41,750 bases of DNA from an uncultured archaeon (GTDB taxonomy: Archaea > Asgardarchaeota > Lokiarchaeia > Sigyniarchaeales > SOKP01), in contig CAZWEM010000044.1 in NCBI GenBank assembly GCA_964632315.1, positions 1 to 41,750 of the forward strand, in the 5' to 3' direction. A program made the position numbers and the translations under genes. The notes below the pieces were generated by a model, which was not told where the DNA came from, searched no databases, and saw only the letters and a program-made list of their open reading frames with translations. Below, in pieces: positions 8,269 through 18,986 of the stretch. Each line of letters starts with the position of its first letter. Position 1 is the stretch's first letter.

Positions 8269-9138
8269 TTGAATGCTAAAATCACTTTAATTTCAGATTT
8301 TCATAAATTATATAAATCAAATGGCTTAACTAGAGATGTAATTAAAGCATTTCAAGATTACATATACTCATATTATCGTCGTAATAAAAGAGTTTTCCCT
8401 TTTAGAAAAAACTTGACTCCTTATAAAGTAGTCGTCTCTGAAATAATGCTCCAACAAACTCAAACCAATAGAGTATCTGAAAAATTCGTGGAGTTTATCA
8501 AAAAGTTTCCCGATTTCAATTCTTTAGCTAAAGCTTCAGTCGAAGAATTATTATCAGTGTGGCAGGGTTTGGGTTATAATCGGAGAGCATTGGCCCTAAA
8601 GAAGATAGCTAAGAAGATAATTAATGATTATGATGGAAAGGTACCCAATGATGTAAAATCATTAGAAGCTCTTCCTCAAATTGGATATAATACCGCTTGT
8701 TCGATATTAGCTTTTGCCTATAATATTCCTACCTATTTCGTTGAAACAAATATTAGGCGTGTATATATTTATTTTTTCTTTTCAGGTAAATCTAAGGTAA
8801 ATGATAAAGAGATTATGGATATCGTTGAAATTTCCGTAGATAAGGATAATCCAAGAGATTGGTATTATGCCTTAATGGATTTTGGAGTAATGCTAAAAAA
8901 ATCCCATCCGGAATTAAATAAAAGAAGTGTCCATTATAGAAAGCAATCAAAATTTGATGGATCAACAAGACAAGTTAGAGGTAAAGTCTTAAAGCTTCTC
9001 TTGAAAACTTCTCTTTCCAGAAAAGAAATTCTTGAGAAATTTGATTATGATGAAAAAAAGATCGTAAAAATTCTTAATTCATTAGTAAAAGAGGGTTTTA
9101 TTCAAGAGGAGGAAGATATGTTCACGATAAAGACATGA
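8269..9138 (+). CDS. mutY: MutY-like HhH-GPD DNA glycosylase without Fe-S cluster, C-terminal wHTH
   Basis: VSEIMLQQTQ, WQGLGYNRRA, LPQIG..TA, ETNIRRV and ALMDFG motifs; no Cys cluster. Confidence 0.85.
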   Translation: MNAKITLISDFHKLYKSNGLTRDVIKAFQDYIYSYYRRNKRVFPFRKNLTPYKVVVSEIMLQQTQTNRVSEKFVEFIKKFPDFNSLAKASVEELLSVWQGLGYNRRALALKKIAKKIINDYDGKVPNDVKSLEALPQIGYNTACSILAFAYNIPTYFVETNIRRVYIYFFFSGKSKVNDKEIMDIVEISVDKDNPRDWYYALMDFGVMLKKSHPELNKRSVHYRKQSKFDGSTRQVRGKVLKLLLKTSLSRKEILEKFDYDEKKIVKILNSLVKEGFIQEEEDMFTIKT

Positions 9139-9140
9139 GA

Positions 9141-10436
9141 TTATTCCAATTTATTTTGTTTTAGATAATTGGAGATTTTAATTGCCAATTTTTCCTGCTG
9201 TCTCCAACTTCCATAAAGAAATCCCTGTGAATTTAATAATTTTATTTGTTTTTTGAATCTATTGGTCAACTTTTTGATGGGCATATTTGAATATGGAGTG
9301 TTAGGAAGTGGCATAAAGGTGTGTGCATGTATTTTAGCTCCCATAGAAGATAATTCCTTCATAAATGCTAAAGACAAATCTATATCCGCATCAGTTTCAT
9401 GCGGTAAACCAAAAATGAAATCTACATTAATTTTCAAACCTGAGTTTATCGTTAATTGCACGGCATTTAAAACGTCTTTAGTAGTATGCCCTCGGTGACA
9501 AGATTCCAAAACTTCATTACTTCCTGACTGAGCTCCAATCACTATATTATCATTAGACGCATAATTTAAAATTAATTCGAGTGATTCCTTAGTCACATGC
9601 TCTGGTCTTACTTCTGATGGAAATGAACCTAAGAAAACTCTACCACTTGGTCCAATAACCTTTTTAGTCTGTTTTAGTAAATCCTCCAATTTATAAAGAT
9701 TTAGTTTCTTTCCGTCAGAAGAACCATAAGAAAATGCATTTGGAGTAATAAAACGAATATCAGTCTTCTTATGTGTTTTCATGAATTCTAATGCTTGGCA
9801 AATCGAATCAATGCTTCTATGCCTTGGTTGAGTTCCAAATAAAAAGGATGTTTGACAAAAATAGCACATGTATGGGCAACCTCGAGTTATTTCAATGGCT
9901 CCAAACTTAGGGCTGTTCATTGGCAAAGGAGGATAATCATTTAGATTAATAGGTTTACGTTTTCCAGTAAAAGAATAATTAATTTTGTTATTAATGTATC
10001 CAATTCCTTTGATCGAATAGACCTCCTCCTCCCCTTTAAATTTTAATAATAAATCAATAATAGTTTCCTCGCCTTCTCCAATAACCACTAGGTCAAATCC
10101 CATTTTAAGTGTACCCAAGGGATCCCCACTCGGATGAGGGCCTCCTCCTACGATTAAAAGATTGTCTTCATAAAGTTTTCTTAAGTTTTTAATGAGCTCT
10201 GAAATCTCCCAAATTTGGGTGGTGAAAAAAGAAATCCCTAAAATGACTTTTTTATGCATTAAAAGGATTTTGTTTAAACCAGGGATAAGATTCGACTTTC
10301 CTCTAAGAAAATAAATCTTGAGGGTAGATAATTTTTCTTCGGTTTCGATGGCTCCAATCAAAGCATTAAAACTGTAGATGTTATCCTTCTGATAATAAAC
10401 CACAAATGCGATATCGTTTTCCAAGCAATCAACCAC
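9141..10436 (-). CDS. B12-binding domain radical SAM protein
   Basis: GGGPHPS, V.GEGE and EITRGCPYMCYFC (CxxxCxxC) motifs; FPSEVRPE. Confidence 0.92.
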   Translation of the reverse strand: MVDCLENDIAFVVYYQKDNIYSFNALIGAIETEEKLSTLKIYFLRGKSNLIPGLNKILLMHKKVILGISFFTTQIWEISELIKNLRKLYEDNLLIVGGGPHPSGDPLGTLKMGFDLVVIGEGEETIIDLLLKFKGEEEVYSIKGIGYINNKINYSFTGKRKPINLNDYPPLPMNSPKFGAIEITRGCPYMCYFCQTSFLFGTQPRHRSIDSICQALEFMKTHKKTDIRFITPNAFSYGSSDGKKLNLYKLEDLLKQTKKVIGPSGRVFLGSFPSEVRPEHVTKESLELILNYASNDNIVIGAQSGSNEVLESCHRGHTTKDVLNAVQLTINSGLKINVDFIFGLPHETDADIDLSLAFMKELSSMGAKIHAHTFMPLPNTPYSNMPIKKLTNRFKKQIKLLNSQGFLYGSWRQQEKLAIKISNYLKQNKLE

Positions 10437-10534
10437 AATTATATATTTAAGAATAGCATTATATTAATAATAAGTTAAATGCTTTAGTAACTTCTTAAAA
10501 TTCCTTAATTAGCTATATAAAATGTGAATTAAAG

Positions 10535-10984
10535 ATGATTTTGAATTGGTTAATCGCTGAAAATAGTTCAGAGGTTGGATTGTCTTGGTTTGATTTCTTT
10601 TCAATTGGTCATATCTGCTTTGGCATTGGTGTCTTCTTGTTTTTCAGTCTCTTCTATACGATCCCTAAAAATAAAGGAAAAACACCATTATTATCTCTTT
10701 TAGCAGTTTTTATCATTTCAGTAATAATTTTTATCATATGGGAGGCATTGGAAAATTTATTATTCCCAATTTTAGGTTGGAAATTTGAAGGTCGCGTGGA
10801 CAGTTGGCCTAACTTACTTTGGGATATCGGTTTTGGGATGATAGGTGCTTTAGGCTCTTGGTTATTTTGTTATTTAATTTTCCAAAAGCAAAAGAGCATT
10901 TGGGGATATTATATCTTTGGACTCATTGGATTTGGCTTATGGCTTGGTGTGTTCATCATTTTACGGTCAATTTTATATCCATAA
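10535..10984 (+). CDS. Small integral membrane protein
   Basis: Several transmembrane segments; D.FSIGH, WEALEN and DSW.N...D pattern. Confidence 0.75.
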   Translation: MILNWLIAENSSEVGLSWFDFFSIGHICFGIGVFLFFSLFYTIPKNKGKTPLLSLLAVFIISVIIFIIWEALENLLFPILGWKFEGRVDSWPNLLWDIGFGMIGALGSWLFCYLIFQKQKSIWGYYIFGLIGFGLWLGVFIILRSILYP

Positions 10985-11032
10985 ACACAATATTTTTTTC
11001 TTATTTTTTATTTATGTTATCGATTCACGGTT

Positions 11033-11782
11033 ATGATTTGTAAAAACTATATCGAATTCTCAAAAGGAAATATCCCTCTAATTCTATCTGTTCCGCATGG
11101 TGGTACTTTGGAAATAGAAAAAATTCCAAATAGACAACAAGGAATCAAGGGTATTGACAAAAACACTATTGAAATTACACGTGAGATTATAGAATACATT
11201 CAGCATAAATCAAGCACTGATTTTAAAGATCCGTCTTATGTTTTTTGTAATGTGGCAAGAATCAAAATCGATATTAATCGTCCAAAATCTAAAGCCTTTA
11301 ATAAAGAATCTGATTTAGCAAGTTCTATTTATTTAGAATATCATCAAAGGTTAAAAGAACTTATTGATTTTAATCTGAAATCATATAATAAATCGATTTT
11401 AATAGATATTCATGGTTTTGAAACAGAAAAGCGTCCGCATGGTTTTAGAGACGTGGATATAATAATCGGAACAAATAATTTAGAATCTATTATTGGAAAT
11501 AAAATTCCTAAAAGAGATTGGGGAAAAAATATTCGCGGAAGGATGGTGAAGAATTTTATTCAAAAAGGTATCAATATTGCACCTGGTCATCATTTGAGGA
11601 GAGAATACGTGCTAAAAGGTGGTTTTATCACTCAAACTTATGGATTCAATCAAATTGAAAAAAGTCAAGCTCTTCAAATCGAATTATCTGATAGAGTTAG
11701 AATTCTTGATAAAAACTTGAGAACTGAAGTCGTCAGAATTCTTGGAGAAGTACTTTATCGAGAAATTAATGAACCTATTTAA
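11033..11782 (+). CDS. N-formylglutamate amidohydrolase family protein
   Basis: LILSVPHGG, R..IDINR, YH, LIDIHG and ALQIEL motifs. Confidence 0.8.
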   Translation: MICKNYIEFSKGNIPLILSVPHGGTLEIEKIPNRQQGIKGIDKNTIEITREIIEYIQHKSSTDFKDPSYVFCNVARIKIDINRPKSKAFNKESDLASSIYLEYHQRLKELIDFNLKSYNKSILIDIHGFETEKRPHGFRDVDIIIGTNNLESIIGNKIPKRDWGKNIRGRMVKNFIQKGINIAPGHHLRREYVLKGGFITQTYGFNQIEKSQALQIELSDRVRILDKNLRTEVVRILGEVLYREINEPI

Positions 11783-11858
11783 AGCCCAAAAGATTAATAT
11801 AATTCAACTCTCAAAATATCAAAATAAAAATTTATCTAAAAAAAAATAATTTTTTTTA

Positions 11859-12194
11859 ATGCCCCCCCAAAAAATAGATATCAGAGACCTAGAAGCATTT
11901 ATTGATGGTTTGAAGGTTTCCCTCGACATGCTAGATGGAGTAGAACCATCAAAATCGAAGGGATTTCAAGCACAGTTAGCTAAAGCAATTTCAGATCTGA
12001 GAGTAAAACGAGTTCAGCAATTTGAGCCCTTACCTAAACTTCTTGGAAATGTAACTGACGAGGATATCAAGAATTATTTATTAAAAGAGTTGGATCAACT
12101 AAAACAATATCTTAATACTCAAGAGTATCCTCATGGGAAATTTGAACTCGTCATGAAAATTGCAAAATTAAGAGCAGAAATAAATCAACTATAA
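11859..12194 (+). CDS. Hypothetical protein
   Basis: 111-aa helical ORF directly upstream of tatD. Confidence 0.7.
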   Translation: MPPQKIDIRDLEAFIDGLKVSLDMLDGVEPSKSKGFQAQLAKAISDLRVKRVQQFEPLPKLLGNVTDEDIKNYLLKELDQLKQYLNTQEYPHGKFELVMKIAKLRAEINQL

Positions 12195-12207
12195 AGGTAA
12201 ATTTAAA

Positions 12208-12969
12208 TTGTTAATTGATGTTCATTGTCATGCTAATCTATATTTAGCTATTGACCAAATCATTAGAGAAGCACGTTCAGCAGGAATTGAAAAGGTAATT
12301 GCGGTGGCAATGAGCGTAATAAGTCAAGAAAGAATAATGCAAATTTGTCGATCTTATGATCTTTTCTTTCCAGCATTAGGGATTCATCCGGAAGAGATAA
12401 GTGTAAATAAAGAAATTGATAAAATGATTGACAAAGTAATTGATGGAATCTTAAAAAATAAAGATTTAATTTGTGGTATAGGAGAAATAGGATTAGATCA
12501 CTATTTCGTTAAGGACAAAGAAAAATATCCACTTCAACTTAAAATTTTTAAGCAAATGTTATCTTTAGCAGAGCAACTTAATTTACCTGTTAATATTCAT
12601 TCAAAAGGGGCAGAACAAGAGGTTTATCAGACTCTAACATCCTTTAACCTTCCAAATGTTAATATTCACTGGTATTCTGGTCCAGAAAAGTTCTTAAAAG
12701 AGGGAATAGAGAGAGGATATTATTTTTCAATTACTCCAGCAGTGAACTATTCTCCTCCAGTGAAAAAAACAGTTAATTTAGTTGAAATTGACCATCTATT
12801 ATTGGAGAGCGATGGCCCCGTGAAATATTCTGGACAAACAGGAACGCCAAGTATGATAAGAGCAGTTTTGAATGAAATTTCTAAAATTAAAAATATACCA
12901 ACAGAAGATTTAGAACTTCAAATATATAACAATACGGAAAATGTCTTTCCAAAAATATTTTCTAATTAA
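12208..12969 (+). CDS. tatD: TatD family nuclease
   Basis: IDVHCH, LGIHP, IGEIGLD, NIHS, IHWYSG and LLESDGP motifs. Confidence 0.93.
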   Translation: MLIDVHCHANLYLAIDQIIREARSAGIEKVIAVAMSVISQERIMQICRSYDLFFPALGIHPEEISVNKEIDKMIDKVIDGILKNKDLICGIGEIGLDHYFVKDKEKYPLQLKIFKQMLSLAEQLNLPVNIHSKGAEQEVYQTLTSFNLPNVNIHWYSGPEKFLKEGIERGYYFSITPAVNYSPPVKKTVNLVEIDHLLLESDGPVKYSGQTGTPSMIRAVLNEISKIKNIPTEDLELQIYNNTENVFPKIFSN

Positions 12970-13982
12970 AGTTCTCCATACTTTTTCATTAACTCTATAG
13001 ATTCTTCAGGAAAATTTTCATTTCTAGTAATCATGCGTTTTAACATGTCTTTTACCTCTAAAATCGTGCTTCCATAAATATGTAATGAATTGCTAAAATC
13101 TAGGTAATGTCCCATCTCGATATTCAATGCATCTGCGACATATTTCTGGATTCTAATCATCCCATTGACGTTAGCTTCCCAAGCCCTGAATAAATCTCTA
13201 CTTCGCCAAGTTGTTTGCATTATGAGCTGCTCATCTTTCACTCGCATGTAGATTCTTTGAAGGCATGGAGGATCGACGTGGAAAGGATCAACCAATGGGC
13301 GCCACGTAATAGCTTGAGCTCTCCGGGAATAAGGTTTTTCCTTTAACTTACGGATTATATATTCAATCTGATTAATTCTTGGAAAATTTATAGCTCCCAT
13401 AGGGATTTTTTCAACACCAAGTTGTTCCGATATTTTTTCGTCTAAATCAAAATGAATATTTTCCCTTAAATTCCATGTCATCGTATTATCTTTTTTTATA
13501 ATCTTTTTATTCTCTATTAATTTTTGATGCTCCTTAACTAATTGATTGTTAACTGCTTCAACATCATAATTGACATGTATGGTATCTTCGAGCGAAAAGG
13601 GGGTGTAATTGTAAATTCTATCGTGATACGAATATGGAAAACTAGTACCGGATTCCCAAATAAAATGATCGTTTACTCCATCCATAATTTCTTCAATATA
13701 ACCGCTTTGTATTGATCCTATTAAATAGGTATCAGCAATACACCCATAAATTTCGTAGGAATTACCATATTTTGATTTAATCTGCAAAATTTTGTCCTTT
13801 CGCTTAATTGGAAAACTTGTAGGCTCTTTGACTTCTATCAATACAGTAGCATCTTTTGATGGAGGGTCTTTTGGCTTATCATACTCTGTTTTTATATCAT
13901 CACCATCATATAATACTTGTGTTAAAGCCGACAACCAAGCATCCCTCACGTTTTGCTTAGATACATAAATTACGCTTGCCAT
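12966..13982 (-). CDS. thyA: Thymidylate synthase, archaeal ThyA-type, with internal insertion
   Basis: YSYHDR, SRRAQAITW, DPPCLQ (catalytic Cys), RSRD...AWEAN and SLHIY motifs. Confidence 0.87.
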   Translation of the reverse strand: MASVIYVSKQNVRDAWLSALTQVLYDGDDIKTEYDKPKDPPSKDATVLIEVKEPTSFPIKRKDKILQIKSKYGNSYEIYGCIADTYLIGSIQSGYIEEIMDGVNDHFIWESGTSFPYSYHDRIYNYTPFSLEDTIHVNYDVEAVNNQLVKEHQKLIENKKIIKKDNTMTWNLRENIHFDLDEKISEQLGVEKIPMGAINFPRINQIEYIIRKLKEKPYSRRAQAITWRPLVDPFHVDPPCLQRIYMRVKDEQLIMQTTWRSRDLFRAWEANVNGMIRIQKYVADALNIEMGHYLDFSNSLHIYGSTILEVKDMLKRMITRNENFPEESIELMKKYGEL

Positions 13983-14173
13983 TTCTTTTTCCTCGAAGGA
14001 TCTAATGATCAGATATATATAATATTTTTATAAGGTTGTTGTTAAAACTTTAATAGCTTTTTGTAGAAATTTAGAGTTGGTTTATATTGAATTTTGAATT
14101 ATTACCGTCAAGAATTTATATTTTTAATACATATCTTTCTTAATTATTTGAAGTTTACGAGTGTTTTGGCGAA

Positions 14174-14467
14174 GTGATATCGTTAAAATTAAGATGGGAA
14201 CCTCCTTTTAATGAAATAACAAAAACTACAAATGATGTTATTACACTAGAGAAGGAGCTAACCTTAAAACAATTACTTGAATATTTTTATAGTAGATATG
14301 GGGAGGAATTTAAATCTCTAATATGGGATAAAAAAAATCCCGACCAGTTTAGCTCTTTTTTGTCAATTATAATAAATGGGATTAGTTATCGAGATGATAA
14401 TTTTTTAAATAGAATCATTAAAGATGATGATGATATTGCTTTTTTATACTTATACTTTGGAGGATAA
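14174..14467 (+). CDS. MoaD/ThiS/SAMP ubiquitin-like protein
   Basis: Beta-grasp pattern IIING...IKDDDDIAFL and a C-terminal GG. Confidence 0.85.
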   Translation: MISLKLRWEPPFNEITKTTNDVITLEKELTLKQLLEYFYSRYGEEFKSLIWDKKNPDQFSSFLSIIINGISYRDDNFLNRIIKDDDDIAFLYLYFGG

Positions 14468-14469
14468 TT

Positions 14470-15516
14470 TTACACTATAATATAAACGATCCACATCGCT
14501 AAACCGGTAAGGATGGGGTTCATTATATTATCTGATATCCGTTTTATAAATAAATCAACAATCATGAACATGAGAGTTGCCACCATAGCCATTATGAAAA
14601 TTCCAAAGAAATCCATTTCAATCCAAGAATCATAAAGAATCATTATAATGACCACTATAATAAAAGTTGAACTTGATCCTGCAATAAAACCCTCTATAGT
14701 CTTTTTAGAATTTTTTCGTAAAGGATGAGAACCATATTTTTTACCAATTATGCAAGCTAACCCGTCTGCTACCGTAGTTATTAAAGCTACTGCTGCAAAA
14801 ATTGGAAAAGGAGGGAATATGAATGGAACAAACGCAAGAACTAGAGGTGTAGATGCGATAAATGTTTCTAATTCTTTAGGTCTCATAGATAGATACCATT
14901 TTCGAGCCCAGTTTGGCAACATGTAAGCCCGATTTAATCGAGCAAGGTCAGCGATTTGAAACATGATCACAAATGCAAAACCGATAGTAATGATCCACCA
15001 ATATGAAAAGCTGTATACATCTAATTTGACAATTCTTAAAAATCCTACTTCATTGAGTAGGATACCTATCGTCCAACAAATAAATATTACAGAACCAGTA
15101 AAAATATGTAGAACTTTTCGTCCTAATTCACTTTTCAAATCATCTACCCATTTGTCTAGAACTTTCTTCTTATATTCATTATAATCTCTCTTTTTCATTA
15201 GTTCTGAATCTCTTTTAGAAATTCTTGTATTATATGTTAAAATACCAGCCCAAATTATCATTTCCAAAGAAAAAATTATTGAGCTCCAAAACCATAATAA
15301 ATTTAGCGTCTCTTGTGTTAATTCTGGGGAGTGAAATTGATATAGAAAAGGAAAAGATAAACCAGCGAATAGGAATAATGTAGCAATTGCTACTTCATTT
15401 ATAAAAACCTTATTTCTCTTTTTTTCCTTCATATTATTAACAGTATAGAATAGAGTTATAACGCAATATCCAACCATAATTATTGAAGTAGGTAGAAAGA
15501 ATAACATTAAGACCAC
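14470..15516 (-). CDS. CTP-dependent polyprenol/diacylglycerol kinase family (dolichol/phytol kinase-like) membrane protein
   Basis: RKVLHI, ADGLACIIGKKYG, KKTIEG and SDNIMNP motifs. Confidence 0.85.
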   Translation of the reverse strand: MVLMLFFLPTSIIMVGYCVITLFYTVNNMKEKKRNKVFINEVAIATLFLFAGLSFPFLYQFHSPELTQETLNLLWFWSSIIFSLEMIIWAGILTYNTRISKRDSELMKKRDYNEYKKKVLDKWVDDLKSELGRKVLHIFTGSVIFICWTIGILLNEVGFLRIVKLDVYSFSYWWIITIGFAFVIMFQIADLARLNRAYMLPNWARKWYLSMRPKELETFIASTPLVLAFVPFIFPPFPIFAAVALITTVADGLACIIGKKYGSHPLRKNSKKTIEGFIAGSSSTFIIVVIIMILYDSWIEMDFFGIFIMAMVATLMFMIVDLFIKRISDNIMNPILTGLAMWIVYIIV

Positions 15517-15590
15517 TGAATCATTAAAATCTATTTCAGTTTTTTTTTAAGTTTTATATTAACTTTAAATCTCTTGTCTAATAATAATTT

Positions 15591-16697
15591 CTAAATCCAA
15601 ATTAATAATAATGTAGTGTAGTCAATAGCTAAAAAATAGCGAATTAAAACATATACTAAGGCACATCCCATTGGAATTAAAAGATTATCTGAGATGTTTA
15701 CGGGCTTTTTTGTTATTATATCAATAGAGAAAAAAATGGTAGTAAAAATAGTTGCCCAAATAAACCCCAAAAAGAAAATACACATTATAAAACTAGTAAT
15801 ACATCCCGCAATCGTACCTTCCCATGATTTATTTGAATTAAATCTTATTTTATGTTTACCAATTCTTATTCCTACCTGACTCGTCATTAGATCTGCTATT
15901 GAACTCATGCCCAGTATTGCTAAAAAAACCATCGGAGGACACATAAAAGAAGCTATCATCTGTCCCAGTGTAAAATAAAGATAAGCACCATAACCTTCTT
16001 CTTCATCATCACATAAATAAATTGCGCAAATAAAATTAAACGGAGAACTAAAATATCTTGTTTTTCGCGTGAATTCGATTGAAAACATCAAAATGATAAA
16101 ACTGTAGAAAAAAAAGAAAAGTAAATAATAGAACCAACCAAGTGAAAACAATACTTCATTAAAACTATCGGGTTGGGTAAAAATTCTGATGTATAGATAT
16201 AACATATTGTTTTCATCAGGAATCATACCTTCAGTTGATCCGCTGTAATCCTGAACTATAATAGTGCCTATGGACCATAAAATAAATAATCCAATGAATA
16301 TTGATACGTGTGCTATCTTTCTATAAATATCATTCCTAAGTTTGCTTCTTTTAGCAAACCTAGCCATCATCTTTTCTTTATACCTAGTAAAAGTCTGAAT
16401 TTTAAAACCAAACTTGAGGATAATATAAACTAAGGATGAAATAGATATTATGATTAAGAATGAAAGAATAGGTAATCCTAGTGACAATGAGAATAGAGAT
16501 AAGCTCAAGGAATGTGAGGATACATCCTGAAACATTAAATTGAGAAAAAGTAAAATGTGAAATAGTACAAATGAGAGCCCAAGGAAGCCAACCAAATTTT
16601 CATAGAAAGCAAATTTAGATGAGAAATGCATGTAAAGAAACAATATTAAAAGATAAGAAATTAGCAAAACCAAATACCAAACTAAAAATTCAATCAT
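15591..16697 (-). CDS. CTP-dependent polyprenol/diacylglycerol kinase family membrane protein (tandem paralog)
   Basis: RKIAHV, ADLMTSQVG...G, KSWEG and SDNLLIP motifs. Confidence 0.85.
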   Translation of the reverse strand: MIEFLVWYLVLLISYLLILFLYMHFSSKFAFYENLVGFLGLSFVLFHILLFLNLMFQDVSSHSLSLSLFSLSLGLPILSFLIIISISSLVYIILKFGFKIQTFTRYKEKMMARFAKRSKLRNDIYRKIAHVSIFIGLFILWSIGTIIVQDYSGSTEGMIPDENNMLYLYIRIFTQPDSFNEVLFSLGWFYYLLFFFFYSFIILMFSIEFTRKTRYFSSPFNFICAIYLCDDEEEGYGAYLYFTLGQMIASFMCPPMVFLAILGMSSIADLMTSQVGIRIGKHKIRFNSNKSWEGTIAGCITSFIMCIFFLGFIWATIFTTIFFSIDIITKKPVNISDNLLIPMGCALVYVLIRYFLAIDYTTLLLIWI

Positions 16698-16797
16698 GAG
16701 TTCCTCAACAATTAAATCTTTCTATAAACTAAATTAATTGAAAATATGGTATTAAATCCTCGTATTTTATACAAATTAAATATCTTAGATTTTTAAA

Positions 16798-17400
16798 ATG
16801 ACTAAAATAATATTAGCTTCAAAATCAATCGATAGAAAAGAAATTTTAAGACGATGCAAGGTTTCTTTTGGAACTCTTACAACTGATATCGATGAAGAAC
16901 CCTATAAGACAAAAATTAAAGATGGATTCAAACTTGTTAAGGAATTAGCTAAACAAAAAGTACTGAAAGCAAAAGAAGAATTAATAGCTAAGGAAAAAAA
17001 GGCTATTATAATTGCGGCAGACACCATTGTTATGTTGCAAGGTCAAATCATAGGCAAAGCAAAGAATAATAACCAAGCATTCCAGATTCTTAAGAGTTTA
17101 CAAGCAGAAACTCATGATTTAATAACTGGAGTTGCTATAACTCATACATTTTTCCCTAAATTGATAATTGACTGTGATTCTACCTTAGTCGAATTCTCTC
17201 CTCTTTCTGATGATGAGATTCGAGAATATTTAAAAACTAATGAATGGAAGGGTAGGGCGGGAGCCTATTCCATAATGGATAAAGCAAGTTTTTTTATTAA
17301 ATCAATAAAGGGGTCTCCTTCAAATGTTATGGGGCTGCCCGTGCATAAATTGTATCAAATCCTTAAAAAGGAATTCAATATGAATCTATTCAAGTACTAA
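16798..17400 (+). CDS. maf: Maf family nucleotide pyrophosphatase
   Basis: IILASKS..R, DIDE, IIAADTIV..G.IIGK, AGAY.I and NVMGLP motifs. Confidence 0.93.
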   Translation: MTKIILASKSIDRKEILRRCKVSFGTLTTDIDEEPYKTKIKDGFKLVKELAKQKVLKAKEELIAKEKKAIIIAADTIVMLQGQIIGKAKNNNQAFQILKSLQAETHDLITGVAITHTFFPKLIIDCDSTLVEFSPLSDDEIREYLKTNEWKGRAGAYSIMDKASFFIKSIKGSPSNVMGLPVHKLYQILKKEFNMNLFKY

Positions 17401-17642
17401 ATATATCAAAATAGCTTTAATCCATGGTTTTTATGGTTTTTAAGGTTTCATAAAAAGTTAACATTTTTTTCATTTTAAATATAAGCTCTTGGTAATAAAG
17501 CTTATCAGCATAATCATGATCAATTAATTTTTGCGCTATTTCAATATTGTTCTTATACCTATTAATTTTGTCCTCAATCACAGATTCTTAGAAAAGGGCA
17601 CACTATTAAAAGGTGAAAAATATTGTGATATTACATTAGTTT

Positions 17643-18503
17643 TTAATCGTTCATTTTTTTTTCAATCAATCTAAACAAGGTTCCCCACATGTAATCGTCC
17701 TCTCTCTCCTTTACTTCAAAATTGTTCGTGCCCAGCCAATCTCTTAATGCTTTTCTCGTGTTATTATCATATTTATCGTCGATTTCTCCCTTGTAAAATC
17801 CATCTTTTTGAAGTAATTTTTTCACTAATTTTAGAGAACTTCCCTCAAGTTTAACTATATCTTCAGGATCATCTCTTTTGAGCAAGCACATATCATAAAT
17901 CTCGAAAATTTTTTTTAACTCTTTGATGGGTTCTGTATGTTCATCCACTCTAATATCAATATATCTATCGGTACCACCATCATATGCACCTTCTTTCTTT
18001 ACTATTAGAATCGCAGCAGATTCCTTTCCCCTCCTGTCACCTCCGTTCTTTTGTGCCATCTCTAAAGCAGCAAAAAACTTCTCAACTAAATCCCCAGAAG
18101 TATTCTCATAAGCATCGGCCATTCCTTGAATGACTTTTTCAGATGCTAAAATATTCCCTTGGCAAGCAAAATGTTTCCCAACGATATGACCTGCCCACTC
18201 TAAGCAATTTTTTCCAGTAAACGACGCAACATTTCCCTTCATATCGACGATGCCGACTTGTCTTTCTTGCATTAGATCATCATCCTTAAGTAGTCGCTCT
18301 AATACTTCGCTTGCTTTTAACCCCCTCTTTAATAAATCCAACCCTTTTGGCCCGTAACTGGTATTCGCTAATGCCTGAGTTGCAATAGCACCCACGTTTG
18401 CATTCGCAAAAGGAACTACCGATCCCACAGCAACAAACTTAGATTGGACTGCTACACCCCATTCTTGTTTTTTTGGATCGTATGCCACAATTGAAAATGT
18501 CAT
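17643..18503 (-). CDS. DUF1028 (Ntn-hydrolase-like) protein with C-terminal peptidoglycan-binding-like domain
   Basis: MTFSIVA, GVAVQS, GAIATQA, QGNIL, GGDRRG..SAA and DIRVD.H..PI.EL motifs. Confidence 0.9.
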   Translation of the reverse strand: MTFSIVAYDPKKQEWGVAVQSKFVAVGSVVPFANANVGAIATQALANTSYGPKGLDLLKRGLKASEVLERLLKDDDLMQERQVGIVDMKGNVASFTGKNCLEWAGHIVGKHFACQGNILASEKVIQGMADAYENTSGDLVEKFFAALEMAQKNGGDRRGKESAAILIVKKEGAYDGGTDRYIDIRVDEHTEPIKELKKIFEIYDMCLLKRDDPEDIVKLEGSSLKLVKKLLQKDGFYKGEIDDKYDNNTRKALRDWLGTNNFEVKEREDDYMWGTLFRLIEKKMND

Positions 18504-18622
18504 ATGGTATCATTTGTGTAATATTAAATAACTTTTACTTGAAATTGTCGTTTATTATATGAAAAACATTTTTCTATGATGAGATATAATAATACAAATA
18601 ATTTTCAAATTGGTGATAAAAA

Positions 18623-18964
18623 ATGACGAGACATTATAAGAATGAAGGGATCATGAAAGTTCTGACAATTCTTGGGGGAATTGTAGGTCTTTTAACCGTT
18701 ATTCTCAGCTTGACCGCTTATAGGTCATATACATATGGATTCGTTGGCCCCCTAACTGGACTTGATATCGTGATTAACGTAATTGTAGGAATAATAGTCA
18801 GCATCATAACTATTTGGGCAGGATTAAAACCAAACAATCCAATTCCTTTTCACTGGGTTATGTTGATAATTTTAGCAGTATTATTAGTCGTGTTTGGTGG
18901 GGGAATCTGGGCATGTGTATTGGTTATAATAGCTGCATTAATCGGGATTGTTGAAGATCTCTAA
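18623..18964 (+). CDS. Small membrane protein
   Basis: 3-4 hydrophobic helices; GGTGA ribosome-binding site upstream. Confidence 0.75.
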   Translation: MTRHYKNEGIMKVLTILGGIVGLLTVILSLTAYRSYTYGFVGPLTGLDIVINVIVGIIVSIITIWAGLKPNNPIPFHWVMLIILAVLLVVFGGGIWACVLVIIAALIGIVEDL

Positions 18965-18986
18965 TTAGTTTTTAAATCTTTATTTT

